Source: Octopus sinensis
Taxonomy: Eukaryota
Length of the DNA stretch: 64,000 nt
Assembly: GCF_006345805.1 (NCBI RefSeq)
Contig: NC_042999.1
Span: 169,322,001 to 169,386,000 of the forward strand
Direction of reading: 5' to 3'
Positions 13,559 to 26,455 of this stretch are shown here, one piece after another. A program made the translations under genes and the position numbers. How positions within the stretch are numbered: position 1 is the first letter of the stretch; every line of letters begins with the position of its first letter. The notes below the pieces were generated by a model. That model did not search any database, was not told the origin of the DNA, and was given only the letters and a program-made list of their open reading frames with translations.

Positions 13559-14145
13559 ATATCTGTTTAACACCAATGGTTTAGCGCATAAAAAACTGAG
13601 CTCACTTTTCGTGGATTCCCTCTCATATATGTATTAATAATATTTACTGAATCTCAGTTTTTTATGTGCTAAACCATTGGTGTTAAACTGATATTATAAA
13701 ATTAATATACAATTTTTCACCCTCATTTTGATTTTAATTCTTAATTAATATTGTTCTCAATCCGGCGTTAACTACTGCAGTGAATTGTCTTATGCGGTAT
13801 TTATTCCCAGAAATTTTGCACAATGGACGAGGGCATTTGAATATAACTATGAATGTAATAGGCCGTACTGCTCGCATTTTTGGCCTCGTGTTAATATATG
13901 GCGTGCAGTTCGACAAATTATATTCTTGACAGACTCTACTGACGATCTGCGAATTAATTGTGTAAGTAAAATTGCATAATTTATTAACAGTGAAACAATT
14001 GTATAGGGTTAATCTATATTTTTGTTATTTTACATTTGTCCTGCCCGCTTACATTCATGGTCTGCTAAATTTTTTATTGAGGACAGCTTTTAGTGGCTAG
14101 CGTAAGGGAACTCACTTTTAGTGGATTCCCTCTCATATATGTATT
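13559..14145. mobile_element. Unclassified CpG-retaining element with ~40-bp terminal hairpin and duplicated motif
   Basis: Inverted repeat 13559-13600 / 13653-13694; ctcactttt(c/a)gtggattccctctcatatatgtatt at 13601 and 14111. Confidence 0.55.
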
Positions 14146-14159
14146 TATTTATATATATA

Positions 14160-14365
14160 TGTGTTTGTCTCTGTTTGTACCCCCCCCCCACCATTGCTTG
14201 ACAACCATTGCTGCTGTGTTTCTGTTCCCATAACTTAGTGGTTCGGCAAAAGGCACTGATAGAATAAGTACTAGGCTTACAAAGAATAAATTCTGTGGTC
14301 GATTTTTTCGATGAAAGTTTGTGCTATGGCATGGCCGCTGTTACATCACTGAAACATGTAAAACA
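14160..14365 (+). mobile_element. SINE family A, 3' half
   Basis: cattgcttgacaacc...ggttcggcaaa...gatagaataagtactaggcttacaaag. Confidence 0.8.
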
Positions 14366-14583
14366 ATCAAAAAACTATGCCATTTTAATCCTGAGCATCT
14401 CTGCTAGTATATATATATATATATATTATATAGTGCAAAGTAGGGGTTGTAGTCTAAGCTGTGTTTTTGTGAAGTGTGTCTACACATCACACATCAAATT
14501 TATTTATTTAGATATTTTATTTTAAATGAGGCATACATAACATTTGAAAACTCTGGGGTATTGTATTTGCAGGGTAAATGGTG

Positions 14584-14616
<33 letters not shown>

Positions 14617-15221
14617 GACTGGATGATTTGGTATATTTTTAATTCCATGTTAGATGTGTTTTATCACATAATAGGAGTTACAAGGCATATACATTTAGAA
14701 AACATATAAGAGTAAGTGTGAGTGTTGATGTATGAGTGTGTGTGTATAAGTGTGTGTATTTTTGTATATATGAATATGTGAGATTCATAACATGCTGTGC
14801 AGTGTTTGTATATGTAGACATATGATTTATGTCTGTATTAGCATATAAGGTTAATTCTGGGTATCTATAAATGGATATATATGACTACTTTCATGCCATT
14901 CTTACCCCTCTCTCTGCTGGGTCTTAATCTGGATGCTATGTGGAAGTGAGGAAATTGTACTTCATGGAATTGAATACATGCTGTGGCAAGGTATGTGTGT
15001 GTGTGTGTATTCAGTTTCAGGTTAAATAAGCTTCATTAAGGGACAGTAATATCCAATGAATTACTGGTTCATTACCTAATATTTGTTGTGAATAGTAATT
15101 ATATTACTCATAAATAATAGGTAATTAGATAACCCAAGAACTATATTTATTCAAGAAAAATAAGAAAATGAAGATACACCAATTAATAAATATATTTATT
15201 AACTGCAAAAATGAACATAAT

Positions 15222-15304
15222 CTCTTACAGCTGTTTCAGTTTATCCCTTAAAGATTGTAATTGCGATAATTAAATAATTTTATAAAGCAGAATCTCATCA
15301 GAGG
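15222..15304 (-). ncRNA. Hammerhead ribozyme-like motif with expanded stem II region
   Basis: Minus strand ct-CTGATGA-G...(~55 nt)...GAAAC-AGCT-GTA-ag; perfect palindrome ACAGCTGT at 15227-15234; stems I and II imperfect. Confidence 0.5.
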
Positions 15305-16809
15305 CAGAAAAAAGATATACCATTAAATGGCATATAATAGCTTCAGCACCTTCTTTTAAAGTTAATAATAAAAAGTGTTTTCTTTGTTTAAATGATAATT
15401 TTTTTTTATTCTGTTGGCTAAATAACTCTTAGTTAACCTTTGAGATGAAAGAATTCTTGTTTATACATGGGAAAATATATATTTTCCAAATATAAGTAAG
15501 TATCTAATAATAATCCAATTACCTCTCTCACCACCGTAGTTGTACACACATTAACCCATAACCCCTGCTATCACTTTTATTTACTACATAGTCGAAAAAT
15601 GAAACTACATATTAACAGAGTGCATATAGTATATTATATTGATAATTCTATACTTTGATATTATAGCTATAGCATTATATTTATTTTCTAAAAATACCCT
15701 CTCTATCAATTTACAAGGGAAAAGCACTTGATATACTTGATAGAAACATTACATCTTCCTTTCTATCTCTATATTTTTCTTATTTTTTCTTCTAATACAA
15801 TTTTTACCCAATTTTTTAAAAGTAGTAATTACTAATTTCAGTAAGTTAATACCCATTTGCATCTCCCATTCTTAATTAATACTACCTGTACACACACACA
15901 TCTCTCCCTCTCCTTAGATATACTATTAATATATATGCCTCCCCCCCCCCACATCTTATTACCTTACCATACTATTTTTTACCTAACTATTTTTATTTAT
16001 TAACCCAATATATATATAGATATATTTATTTTTCCAAACCTGTAAATATATATTTTTAAAAATACATTATTTATAATCATTTTTTATATATATTTTCTTT
16101 ATATATTGCTAAGCTAAAATAACTATTCACATTTACCTCCCCTTGACTGCTGTTTTTCTTTTTTATATAAACCTAAGTGTTTTATCCCCTAAATACAAAC
16201 TTATTAAATTTTTTCTTTGATAGAAGAGATCATCTCTTTGTTCTCTTATTGTACACATAACATATTTATTTATTTACTTTACTGTTACTGGATTTTCCAA
16301 AGGAATAGAAATGCTATTTATTTTTAAAATAAATGACCAATAGAATTCCTTTGACTTGCTTGATCAATACAAAATATATTTAGGGGTGTCAGGTTTCTTA
16401 CCAAAATAAGTATGTATAATAAATACATTTTTTAATAATTCACAATTATTTATTATCATGTTTTATTGAACTGTATTTGAACGTAGGTACATTTGCATAT
16501 GAATATAGGTATTAATATATTACGTATATAATTACATATATATTTTTTCCACATGTAATTTCATATTTATATATTTTTACTTATATATATATATATAGGT
16601 ATATAAGGCTACTTCATGCCCTTCTTACCCCTATCTCTTTACCCATCCCTTAATCTGCATACTGTATGGGAGGGGGTGAAAAATTATACTTCATTGGATG
16701 AAATTCACGATGTACTCTACACTAACTAACAAATATTTACTCAGATCTTTTCAAACACAAACAAAAGCCCCTCAGCAACTACCTTCCTGTTGTCCCTCCC
16801 AAGTATATA

Positions 16810-18985
16810 ATTTTAGGGCTGCAAACATCAATGTTGGTACAATGAAGGGAAAGATCTGTTGAGGTTGTTGAAATGATGGAGCATCGTCATATCAATGTGT
16901 GTGGTGTGCAAGTGAGATGGAAAGGGGCCACTGCTAGATTCCTCACCGGTAAGAAACAGGGGTTTAAATTCTCCTGGGTAGGCAGGAGTGATGGAATGGG
17001 TGATGTAGGTATACTCTTAGCAGAAAAGTGGGTAGATAAGGCAATTGAGGTGGTCAGAGTGTGTGATAGGCTTATTAAGTTTGACTTATCATAGATAGAT
17101 TAACAATTACATTTATCTCTGCCTATGCTCCACTGGCTGGGTTGGCTGATGATCTGAAGGACCAATTCTACGAAGTCTTTTGCAGACAACCTCAGTGACA
17201 AATGACAGAGACTTTGTTATTGTGGCCGACGACTTTAATGGACATGTTGGGTAGCATTCCCATGGATTCCCTAGTGTGCATGGTGGTTGTGGCTTTGGCA
17301 CCAGGAATGAAGAAGGTACAAGGCTACTTGAGTTTTGTGATGCAAACAATCTTATGATTTGCAACACTAACTTTAGAAAGCCAGCTAGCCACTTAATTAC
17401 TTATCAGTCTGGTGAGAATATAAGCCAGGTTGATTACCTCCTCACCAGGCAAGGAGACAAGCAGATGCCCACAAATGCAAAGTCCTTCCCAGCTGAAGAG
17501 TATATACCCCAACATAGGGTTCTAGTTAGTGACTTTAGAGTTAGGGCAAGAAAGACTTCAAAGACAAACCATACTAGAAAAGGAGACTATAGAAGCTTAA
17601 AGACCCAGAAAACCAACAAAAATTTAGAGAGATTCTACTGGAGGCCTCTAATAATAGGGAGGAGGAGGAAGGAACATATAGCTTAGAGGACAACTGGAAG
17701 TTCCTGTGGGACGATTTACTGTGTGCTGCTGACCAAATCTGTGGTTGGTGCAAAGTCCCAGCCAGGCCAAGAGTGACTTGGTAGTAGAACAAGGAGGTGG
17801 ACAGTGCTATAAAAGCAGAGACAGGCCAGGGAAGACTGGGAAAATGGTGGAAGCAAAACATTATATCAGGGAGCTAGAAGGGAGGCTATGCAACAGGATT
17901 ACATAGCAGAAGGTAAGAAGTTTGCCAATGTTATACAGCATGAGGATCAGAGGTCTGAGGTGGTCATGATTACAAAGCAGTGTATCAGAGAGAATAGAGA
18001 TGTGGTGGGTGAGAAATGTGTGCAAATGGATAATGGTATGTTTGTGCTTAGTGACTCAGAGAAGAAAGATGCATGGAGATGCCATTATGAAAGGTTGCTA
18101 AATGTGAAGAATGATTGGGAGAAGGAGAGTCTTTCAAATATTGAACCAATTGAGGGACCAACCTCCAGAGTTGACAGCAGCATAATAGATAAGGCAATTA
18201 AGAAAATGAAGACTAGGAAAGTCCCTGGACCATTGGGTATCACTGCTGAGATGATTAAAATATCAGGTAGTGTGGGATACAGCCTAGTCACTTGCATAGT
18301 TAATCAGGTTATTCAGGAAGGTGTCATCCTCAAAGACTGGTGTAGCAGTGTTATAGTCAGCTGCTACAAGGGTAAAGATTATGTTTTAGATAGAAACAAC
18401 TACAGAAGTATCAAACTGCTGGATCAGATCATGAAAATTACAGAGAGAGTTATATCTCAGCTAATTATGGATAGAATTAAGATAGATGAGATGCAGTGTG
18501 GTTTTGTTCCTGGGAGGAGTACTACATAGTGAGACAGTTGCAAGAAAAGTATTTGACCCAAAGTAAGCCATTGTACTTAGCCTTTGTCAACCTGGAAAAA
18601 GCTTTTGACAGGGTTCCCCCCTCTCTTATTTGGTTCTCTCTGAGGAAGCTAGGCATAGAGGAGTGGCTTGTGAGAGCTGTTCAAGCCATGTACAGGGATG
18701 CTGTCAGTAAGTTGAGAGTTGGCCTTAAATATAGTGATGAATTTAACATACAGGTTGGAGTACACCAGGGATCAGTTCTTAGTCCACTCTTATTCATCAT
18801 AGTTCTCCAGGCAATAACAGATGAATTTGAAACTGGATGCCCATGGGGACTACTATATGCTGATGATTTTGCTCTTATTGCAGAATTGGAGAAGTTCCTT
18901 GTTTGGAAGTAAAACCTGGAATCAAAGGGACTTGAAGTTAACTTAGCTGAGACTAAAGTTGTTAGCAAGAAAGGAGATAAGACAT
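16810..18985 (+). mobile_element. Degenerate RTE-clade LINE ORF (AP endonuclease + reverse transcriptase)
   Basis: GCGFGTRNEEGTRLLEFCDANNL, SCYKGK..LDRNNYRSIKLL, QCGFVPGRSTT, LEKAFDRVP, VGVHQGSVLSPLLF, LLYADDFAL; multiple frameshifts. Confidence 0.95.
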
Positions 18986-19518
18986 ACATACATAAAATGA
19001 TTTGGGATAGAGAAGAGAAACTGTACACAGCAGATGTTAACATAAAGCTGAAGATCAGTGAAAAAGGGAACACTTATGCTGAACTATTGAGAAATCTGCA
19101 GTTACTCTATCCAAATTACAAGTTCAGGTTTAAACCTGTAATTATTTGGGCCCTGGGATATGTAACACAGTGCCTCAGTACCAATCTTGAGAAATTAGGC
19201 TTCTCAAAACCAGAAAGGAGAAAGCTAATTCGATGTCAACAGATCCAATCCATCACTGGAACTGTAAAAATCTGTGAAACTTTCTAGAAGTTTATCATTT
19301 AAATATATATAAATATGTCTAGATATGCAACTATATGCATGAGAATACATAGGTAAAACATACAAATCTGCACATACATACACACATACAAAAATACCCT
19401 GTTGTTGATGTTGAAATTCCAATGAAGGAGCTTTGGATCTAGGTTAGAAACCGGTTCTTTTTCTATTGGCAAGAAATCTTGAAATAAACTGAATAATGAC
19501 ATACATACATACATACAT
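18986..19518 (+). mobile_element. 3' fragment of an RLE-type (R4/NeSL-like) retrotransposon nested in the RTE
   Basis: IWDREEKL..ADVNIKLKISEK.NTYAELLRNLQLLYP..F.PVII.ALG..IQSITGTVKICETF plus 3'UTR; (ACAT)n on both sides. Confidence 0.8.
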
Positions 19519-20289
19519 AGTGTACTGTTCTATGATGGTAAGATCTACAAAAAAAAAAGTACTCCATCTGGTAAGAGGTGAATATTATTTAATAAACACA
19601 ATACATGTTTTTATATGCTACTATTAGTTTCCTATACTGAGAAGATGCCAAATATTGTTTTATAGCATATTTGATGTTACAGCACAATCTTCAGAAACTA
19701 CCCCCATAGCATAATGAACAAGAAATAGGATTAGAGAGAAAGTGAGAAAAGGCAAAAAGGAAGTATAAATATATAAAGAGCAGAAAATTGAGAAACAGGA
19801 GAACAAAGTAATCAGAAAGAAATAATAAAAGTTATTTTCCTTAGTCTGTAAATTATAAGGTTGAAAGACAGTGGATTAGAGCTTATGTTACATTTATTTA
19901 ATGTTGCAGTATTTAATCCAATTTTTCAACAGGAAATTAAACTGAAAATAGTCAACACTCCATATAATAGACATTAATAAAGAATATTTATGACTAAAAC
20001 CAAGTCCAAAGTCCAAAAATAAACCAGAAATAATTAATACTACCACTATCACAAAAATAACAACTTCCTTTTTAAGAGTACATGTGTTTGAAAAGTTGAA
20101 ATGCAAGTGCTCACACACTAGAAAAATAACTTCTTCCCCAAAAAGGTTTAATAACATCCTGATAAAAGATTTCATAACATTTCTTTAAAAAATAATTTTT
20201 CAAAAAAAATCACTTTTACACTTCAAAACTGTATTAAGTGATTCTCATTGCCTTTCTAACATGCACACACACACACTTATTCTTTTACT

Positions 20290-20865
20290 TGGCCCATGGA
20301 TTCAAATAATCCATTGGTACTCACAAAAATAATATAATATAATGAAATTATTGTATACAGTGCTCGGGTGCAGCACAACTTGTCAGAAAGTGCATATAAA
20401 GTACATGCAGTAATGTAAAAATGTCTGGAAAGCGAACAATGTATGAGTCAGATACATGCCTTTGTGTGTATGGAGGGGAGAAAATCAGGTGTAGTGTTGG
20501 CGAATCTCAGAAAGCATGGAAATTTTGAAGGATGCAGTGCTCCGACAACTAACAACTGATGCCGGCAGTCTGTTCCATGCTTCAGCAACTCTCAGCGTGA
20601 AAAAATGTTTCCTAAAGTCATGGGAGCTGTGCTGTTTTCTGACTTTGTAAATATGCCCACGGGTGTTAGATGGGTGGAGTTTGAAAAGGTGCTCAGACTT
20701 ATTGTTAGTAAGATGGTTAATAATTTTATGGGTGTCTGCCAAGTCAGCTGCCAGACGTCGGATTTTCAATGTGTTCATGCCCAGGGAAGTAAGGTGTTCA
20801 GAATATGGCAAATGCCTGATAGAGGGTATTCTTTTGGTTGCACGTTAATGTATCATTCTACAAAA
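20290..20865 (-). mobile_element. CR1-clade LINE 3' fragment
   Basis: YSEHLTSLGMNTLKIRRL..DL...TRGHIYKVRK....DFRKHFFTLRVAEAWNRLP, typical CR1 ORF2 C-terminus. Confidence 0.9.
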
Positions 20866-21541
20866 CACATAGAATATTTAGTACAATACAAAAGAAAAAT
20901 ATAAGGAGTGTATAAAATTATATATAAAGAGAGAAATACACTGTGATAAAAATTATTTCACCATTGGATATTCATATTTAACAACAATTGTTTTGCAGCT
21001 TAATAAATATGTATAAATAATTTATTTTATTGGTAATTGTAATAGATAATAAATTATTTACATGCCTGTATTAATATATATACAATTTTTAGATTGATGC
21101 TGATATTAAGCTTGCTTGTCAGGTTAAAAGAATTCTATGCTTAAAATTATATCTCAACATAGTATTTCAAAATGCAGAAAGTCAATTTTTTAAAACATTA
21201 AGATAGGGAAGACAATGAGAATAAAAATTAATAGAATATAATTTTTTCTATCTCTACTATTATTATTTTCTTGTTTATTAATGTTAACTATATGATTTTC
21301 CTATCCATTCTTTAATATTTAATCTTTTCTTATACAAAATTTATCTAGTATTTACTTTCTAATATCTTACTAAATTTCCTTTCCCTTCTATAAAAAAACT
21401 GTCTTATTAATTCTATTCATTTTATTCTTATTGTCTTCCATATCTTATTATTTATACATATTTATTAAGTTGCAAAACAATTGTTTTTAAATATGACTAT
21501 TCAATGGTAAAATAAATTCTATCATAGTACGTTTCTCTCTT

Positions 21542-21572
<31 letters not shown>

Positions 21573-22164
21573 ATAAATATGCATAGATTGTTTGTAACAA
21601 TGTACATATTTTATATATTAAGCAGAAGGAGGTTGTCAGGATTTGGATAAGAACTATTTTGTGGTTTCGTAGGTTTTAGGGATTCATCATGAATGACTTG
21701 TAAAGAATTCATACCTTTTGTATGTGAGTAAGTTGAAAAGAAATCTGTAGTTGAATTGTTTCCTAGGGTTTTGGAAAGGGTGTATTTGGGAGCAGTTATC
21801 AGATGTTCTTTATCATTTGGAATCCATTTGTGTATTGTGAGTTTTTTTAACAAAGGTAGGGAGGAAAAAAGAAAAGAAAGATTGATGACAGGTGAAAGAG
21901 CTTTTTTTTTGTCATTTGCAATTGAGAAATTTATTGTAATTGATAAAAATCATAACCTGTCATCAATTTCAACCATCTCAGAAAAAACACCCCTTTCCTT
22001 CTTCCTTTCTTTCTTTTTAAAAACTACAATACATACATACACACACATATATTCACATACATAGACTGAAAATGACAAAGAACATCTCAAATAACCACTC
22101 CTAAAACATCTACTTTCCAAAACCCAAGAAAACAAATTCAACTCCAGATTTTTTTTTTCAACTA

Positions 22165-22223
<59 letters not shown>

Positions 22224-22324
22224 GGCATGAATTTTCTATGAGAAATTTTTCATGATAAATCCTTAAAAGAGATGAAAGCCCAAAATAGTTTTTATTCTGA
22301 CCACCTCCTTTTTCTTTTTTCTTA

Positions 22325-22358
<34 letters not shown>

Positions 22359-22429
22359 AGGTGTGTACACACAAACACACACACACACACCACAAGGGTA
22401 AGTTAAGTTATATACATTCTTGTTTCTGT

Positions 22430-23652
22430 AATTTATTACAACAAAAGTAGAGGTTGAACAGTTACATCATTTTCTGACATAGTCTCCTTGCTCTTCAGGG
22501 CACTTCTTCCAATGGCCCACAAGCTTCCTTATTCCATTAGAGAAGGTTTGCAGCTGGTTGTGCAGCCATTTATGCACCACTTTCTGCACTTCTTTGTCAA
22601 TGGCAAATTAACAATCTCATAAAGGGTGTTTGAGCAGTTCAAAGAGTGATAATCAGAATGGGCAAGATCTGGGCTGTGTGCAGGGTTTTCTTACAACCTG
22701 AAACCCGATTTTTCAATGGTCTTAATAGTGAGGGTAGCCATATATAGTGGTGACGGAGCAGGATGCATTGTTGCCCAACAGCAACATTTAGACAATAGAC
22801 ATCAACGTTTGTTTCGAGCTGCTGGTTTCAGTTTGTTGGCCAGCATTTCATTGTAGCCTACACTGTGGTGACTGTAGACTCCTTTTCCAGGTTATGTTCC
22901 AGTATAGGCCCTTTTGTATCACAAAAAATTATTAGTATCACTTTTTCTGCAGAATCTTGAATTTCCTTTTTGCTGGTGATTTCAGGTGTTTCCACACCTT
23001 ACTCTGTCTTTTGGATTTTGGCTCAAAGTGGTAGGCCCAGGTCTTGTTTTCTGTGACTATTCTCTTCAAAGAAGCTTTGTTTTTATCATTGCAGTGGTCA
23101 GGTAAGTGTTGACAGATCACACAATTGTGCTTATGAGCTTCAGCGAGCTCTCTTAGCACCCATCTTGCACAGACTTTATGGAAGCAAAGCTTGTTGTGGA
23201 TGACTAATTTGCAGAGAATATATCACCTTATCAATGGTCATTCATTGGTTTGCCAGAACTATCTTTCGAACTTGTTGAATCTTCACATCAGTGGTTGAGG
23301 TTGATAGGCATTCAGCTCCCTTTTTGTGTTTAACCCTTGTCTGCCTATTTTAAAATTTCTTGATTCACTCATACACACTTCTATATGTTAGAGAGCTCTG
23401 CCTCTGTATTGCACTGAAAGTCCACAGTGACACATCTTCACACCAAAGAAATTAGATCACTGATCTCTGTTCTTCCTTGGTTCACACAACCAGTGGAGCA
23501 ACCATGTTTACACTCTAACTCAAGAAAGATAACTGGAAGGATTAGTTATGCTACCACAAGTGTATTACCTTTTAGCATGCGAGTGCTGAAGGTAGTGTGG
23601 TCAACCTACTGAGAATTTTGGCAAAGGTGCAGATAACTTTTGACTTCCTCTT
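22430..23652 (-). mobile_element. Degenerate mariner (DD34D-type) transposon
   Basis: KRIVTENKTWAYHFEPKSKRQSKVWKH..SP.KRKFK and FSNGIRKLVGHWKKC.EEQGDYVRK; TIR-like aagaggaagtcaaaaagtt at the 5' end. Confidence 0.85.
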
Positions 23653-24869
23653 GTGTGTATGTGTGTGTGTGTAAAGACAAGAGTATGGAGGTTACTAATA
23701 CATCAGCATATTTTATTAAAATGTGTCTGCACATTTCTGCTGCGTAGACATCTCGCAATTGCATTTGCATCAGTTAAATTCATCTGGTTAGTTAGTAGTC
23801 TATGCAACTTCATTCAAGTTCCAGTCACTGTCTTGGAATAATAAATGAAAAAGAAAGCCTCTAACAATACAAAGTGAGAAGTTGGAAAGCCGCCATATGT
23901 TTCAGGCACAAAGTCCTATCTTCAGATGGATACAGTTAGTTTATGTGTTCATATTTACATATATTCTCTCTCTCTCCTTTTTTATTATTTTTCCGTTTCT
24001 CTATCCTTTTTATCCTTCTAACTCTCAATATACTCCTGATTAATCATTAGATTGTGAATTGCAGCTTTACCTAGCGTAAATTTGTATTCTTTTAAAATCT
24101 TTAGTGAATAGATTATGGATAGAAGATCTTATACTTGTTCTCTACATGTATATTACCTTGTAACTCCAATCCTGTAATGAAACACATCTAGCATGGAATT
24201 AAAGATATTTTAAATTTTCAAGTCTTTGTTTTCATATATATGTATATATGTTTATATATGCATCTATAAATGTGTGTATATATATAAATGTATATATATA
24301 CATATATATACACACAAACACACACACACATATATATATGTATAAATGGGCCACTAAAGGATAGTGACGAATCCTATCTGAAACAAGACTGAGAGTGAAC
24401 CCAGTGCTATCATTAACACATTATGTGGTGTATATGTACACACACACATACACAAATATTTGTATGTATATACCTTTATATATATATAAATTTAAAAATA
24501 AGGATAAAATCTTTATAAGAAATTATCAGTAGTTAGTGTGAAAAACCTCGTAAGAGAAAAAATCTGTAAATTTTTTCAACTTGATTGCGAAATCACAGGT
24601 GATATGTAACTAAATTCTGTTTTTAAATGACTAGCTTTGAAGTTTTGCATTCGGTACAATTTGTTTATTTTAGTAGTTTTGACTGCAAAAGTCCCTCCTA
24701 GCGTGCGGTACCTATGAATGATAGTACCCTCTATATAATATATATATATATAAATGGCGGTGCCCCAGCATGGCCACAGCTCATTAGCTGAAACTGGAAA
24801 AATCAAAAAATCAAAATCATATATATATACTTACACACACACATTTATGTATGTCTTTTATCTTTTTAC

Positions 24870-25215
24870 TTGTTTTAGTCACCCGACTGCAACCATACTG
24901 GATCACTGCCTTGAATGGCTTTTGTTAAACCAATCTATCCTTGTTTTTTTTTTTTTGTTTTTTGGGGGGATTTTTTTTTTGAAGTCTGGTACCTATTCAG
25001 TTAGTGGTCTTTTGCAAACCAAACACAAAGACTCACAGACAAACACACACACACACACACAACAGGCTTCCACATAGTTTCTGTATGCCAAGTTTCTGAC
25101 AAGGTATTGGTCAGCTCAGGGTTATAGTAGAAGACACTTGTCCAGGTGTCACACAATGAGACTGAATACAAAGCTGCGTGGTTGGAAAGCGAGCATGCAT
25201 TTGATAGACAGAAAC
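24870..25215 (-). mobile_element. SINE family A fragments
   Basis: Reverse complements of the SINE A body and head (gtagaagacacttgtccaggtgtcac...). Confidence 0.65.
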
Positions 25216-25249
25216 TGAAGAAAGCTTATCGTGTGTGTATGTAAGTATT

Positions 25250-26030
25250 CCATTTGGGAATGGCATCAAACAAGGAGATACCATCTTTCCAAAATTAATC
25301 ATTGCACGTCTAGATTTGGCCATCAGAGCCATTGCCTTGACAGGTGACATGAACATCAAATGCCAGCTACTAACACATCTCTGATAGCAGATGACATCAC
25401 CAAAACCATAGATCAGCTGCAGGCCATGCTGACAGAACAAGACAGTCATAGCTTAACTGTAGGCCTTAAAATGAACTACATGAAAATAAAATACCTGCTG
25501 TCCAGAAATGTAGCATAAAGCAAAATAAAGGTAGAAAGCAAAGAAATCAAAGAGGCAATGGAGTCTACTTAAGGCGCAATGAATATACACCAAGACATGG
25601 ATGCTGTGAATAATAGCAGGATGGAAGGCAATTACCTGAATGAAAGCAAAGCTGGACAAGACCTTACCTGTCAGACCATTCAACCAGCACTTTTGTACAG
25701 GTGTGAGATGTAAGCTACTACAGAGAGAGAGAGAAGAAAATATGTTGTGATGCAAAAGCTCATGGAAAGATCCATACTTAGAATATCAATGCAAGATCAT
25801 CTATGAAAATAGATGATTTGAGAATGGAGCAGAGTGAACATGATTACAGAATACCAAAAGCATAATTTCCACTTGGCTGGACACATCACAAGTTTAACAG
25901 GACTGTGGAGTTGCTAAATGGTAGAAGGCCTCCATGACCATGGGGAGATAGTTTACTGAAACAGTTAAGGCCAAGAGAGAAAAGGATAGCACAATCAAGG
26001 AAGAATCGGAAGTGCATTGTGATCAGGGAT
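25250..26030 (+). mobile_element. Old RTE-type reverse transcriptase remnant (second family)
   Basis: GIKQGDTIFPKL, QLQAML, GLKMNYMKIK-like motifs with many stops. Confidence 0.6.
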
Positions 26031-26378
26031 GTGTAACAACATCTGTTAGTCTGGTTAATAATATATATATATGTGCATGTGTATATTTTACTGACTCCTT
26101 TCCTTGACATTATGTGATAGTTGTAAATGAATGTCACCAGCATGCAAGTGGTATCCTTCATTTCTAGTGATCTCTGAAAACATGTCATGCCATGGGGAAA
26201 AGTTAACTTGCAAGGTGAGGATTGTTAAGAGGAAGGGCATCTGGTTGTAGAAAATCTGCTTCAACAAATTCAGTCTACCTCATGTTAGCACTGAGAAGTA
26301 AACAGTAAAATGACGATGTGTATGTATGTTTTTATTTTTGTGTATATGTACATATGTGTTTATGTATATATATGTGTT

Positions 26379-26455
<77 letters not shown>

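Noticed and set aside
13915-13945. CTGACGA in the unclassified element
   Set aside because: No convincing stem II, GAAA or NUH follows.
24354-24390. GGATAG/CTATCT hairpin followed by GAAAC
   Set aside because: No CUGANGA core and no cleavage triplet.
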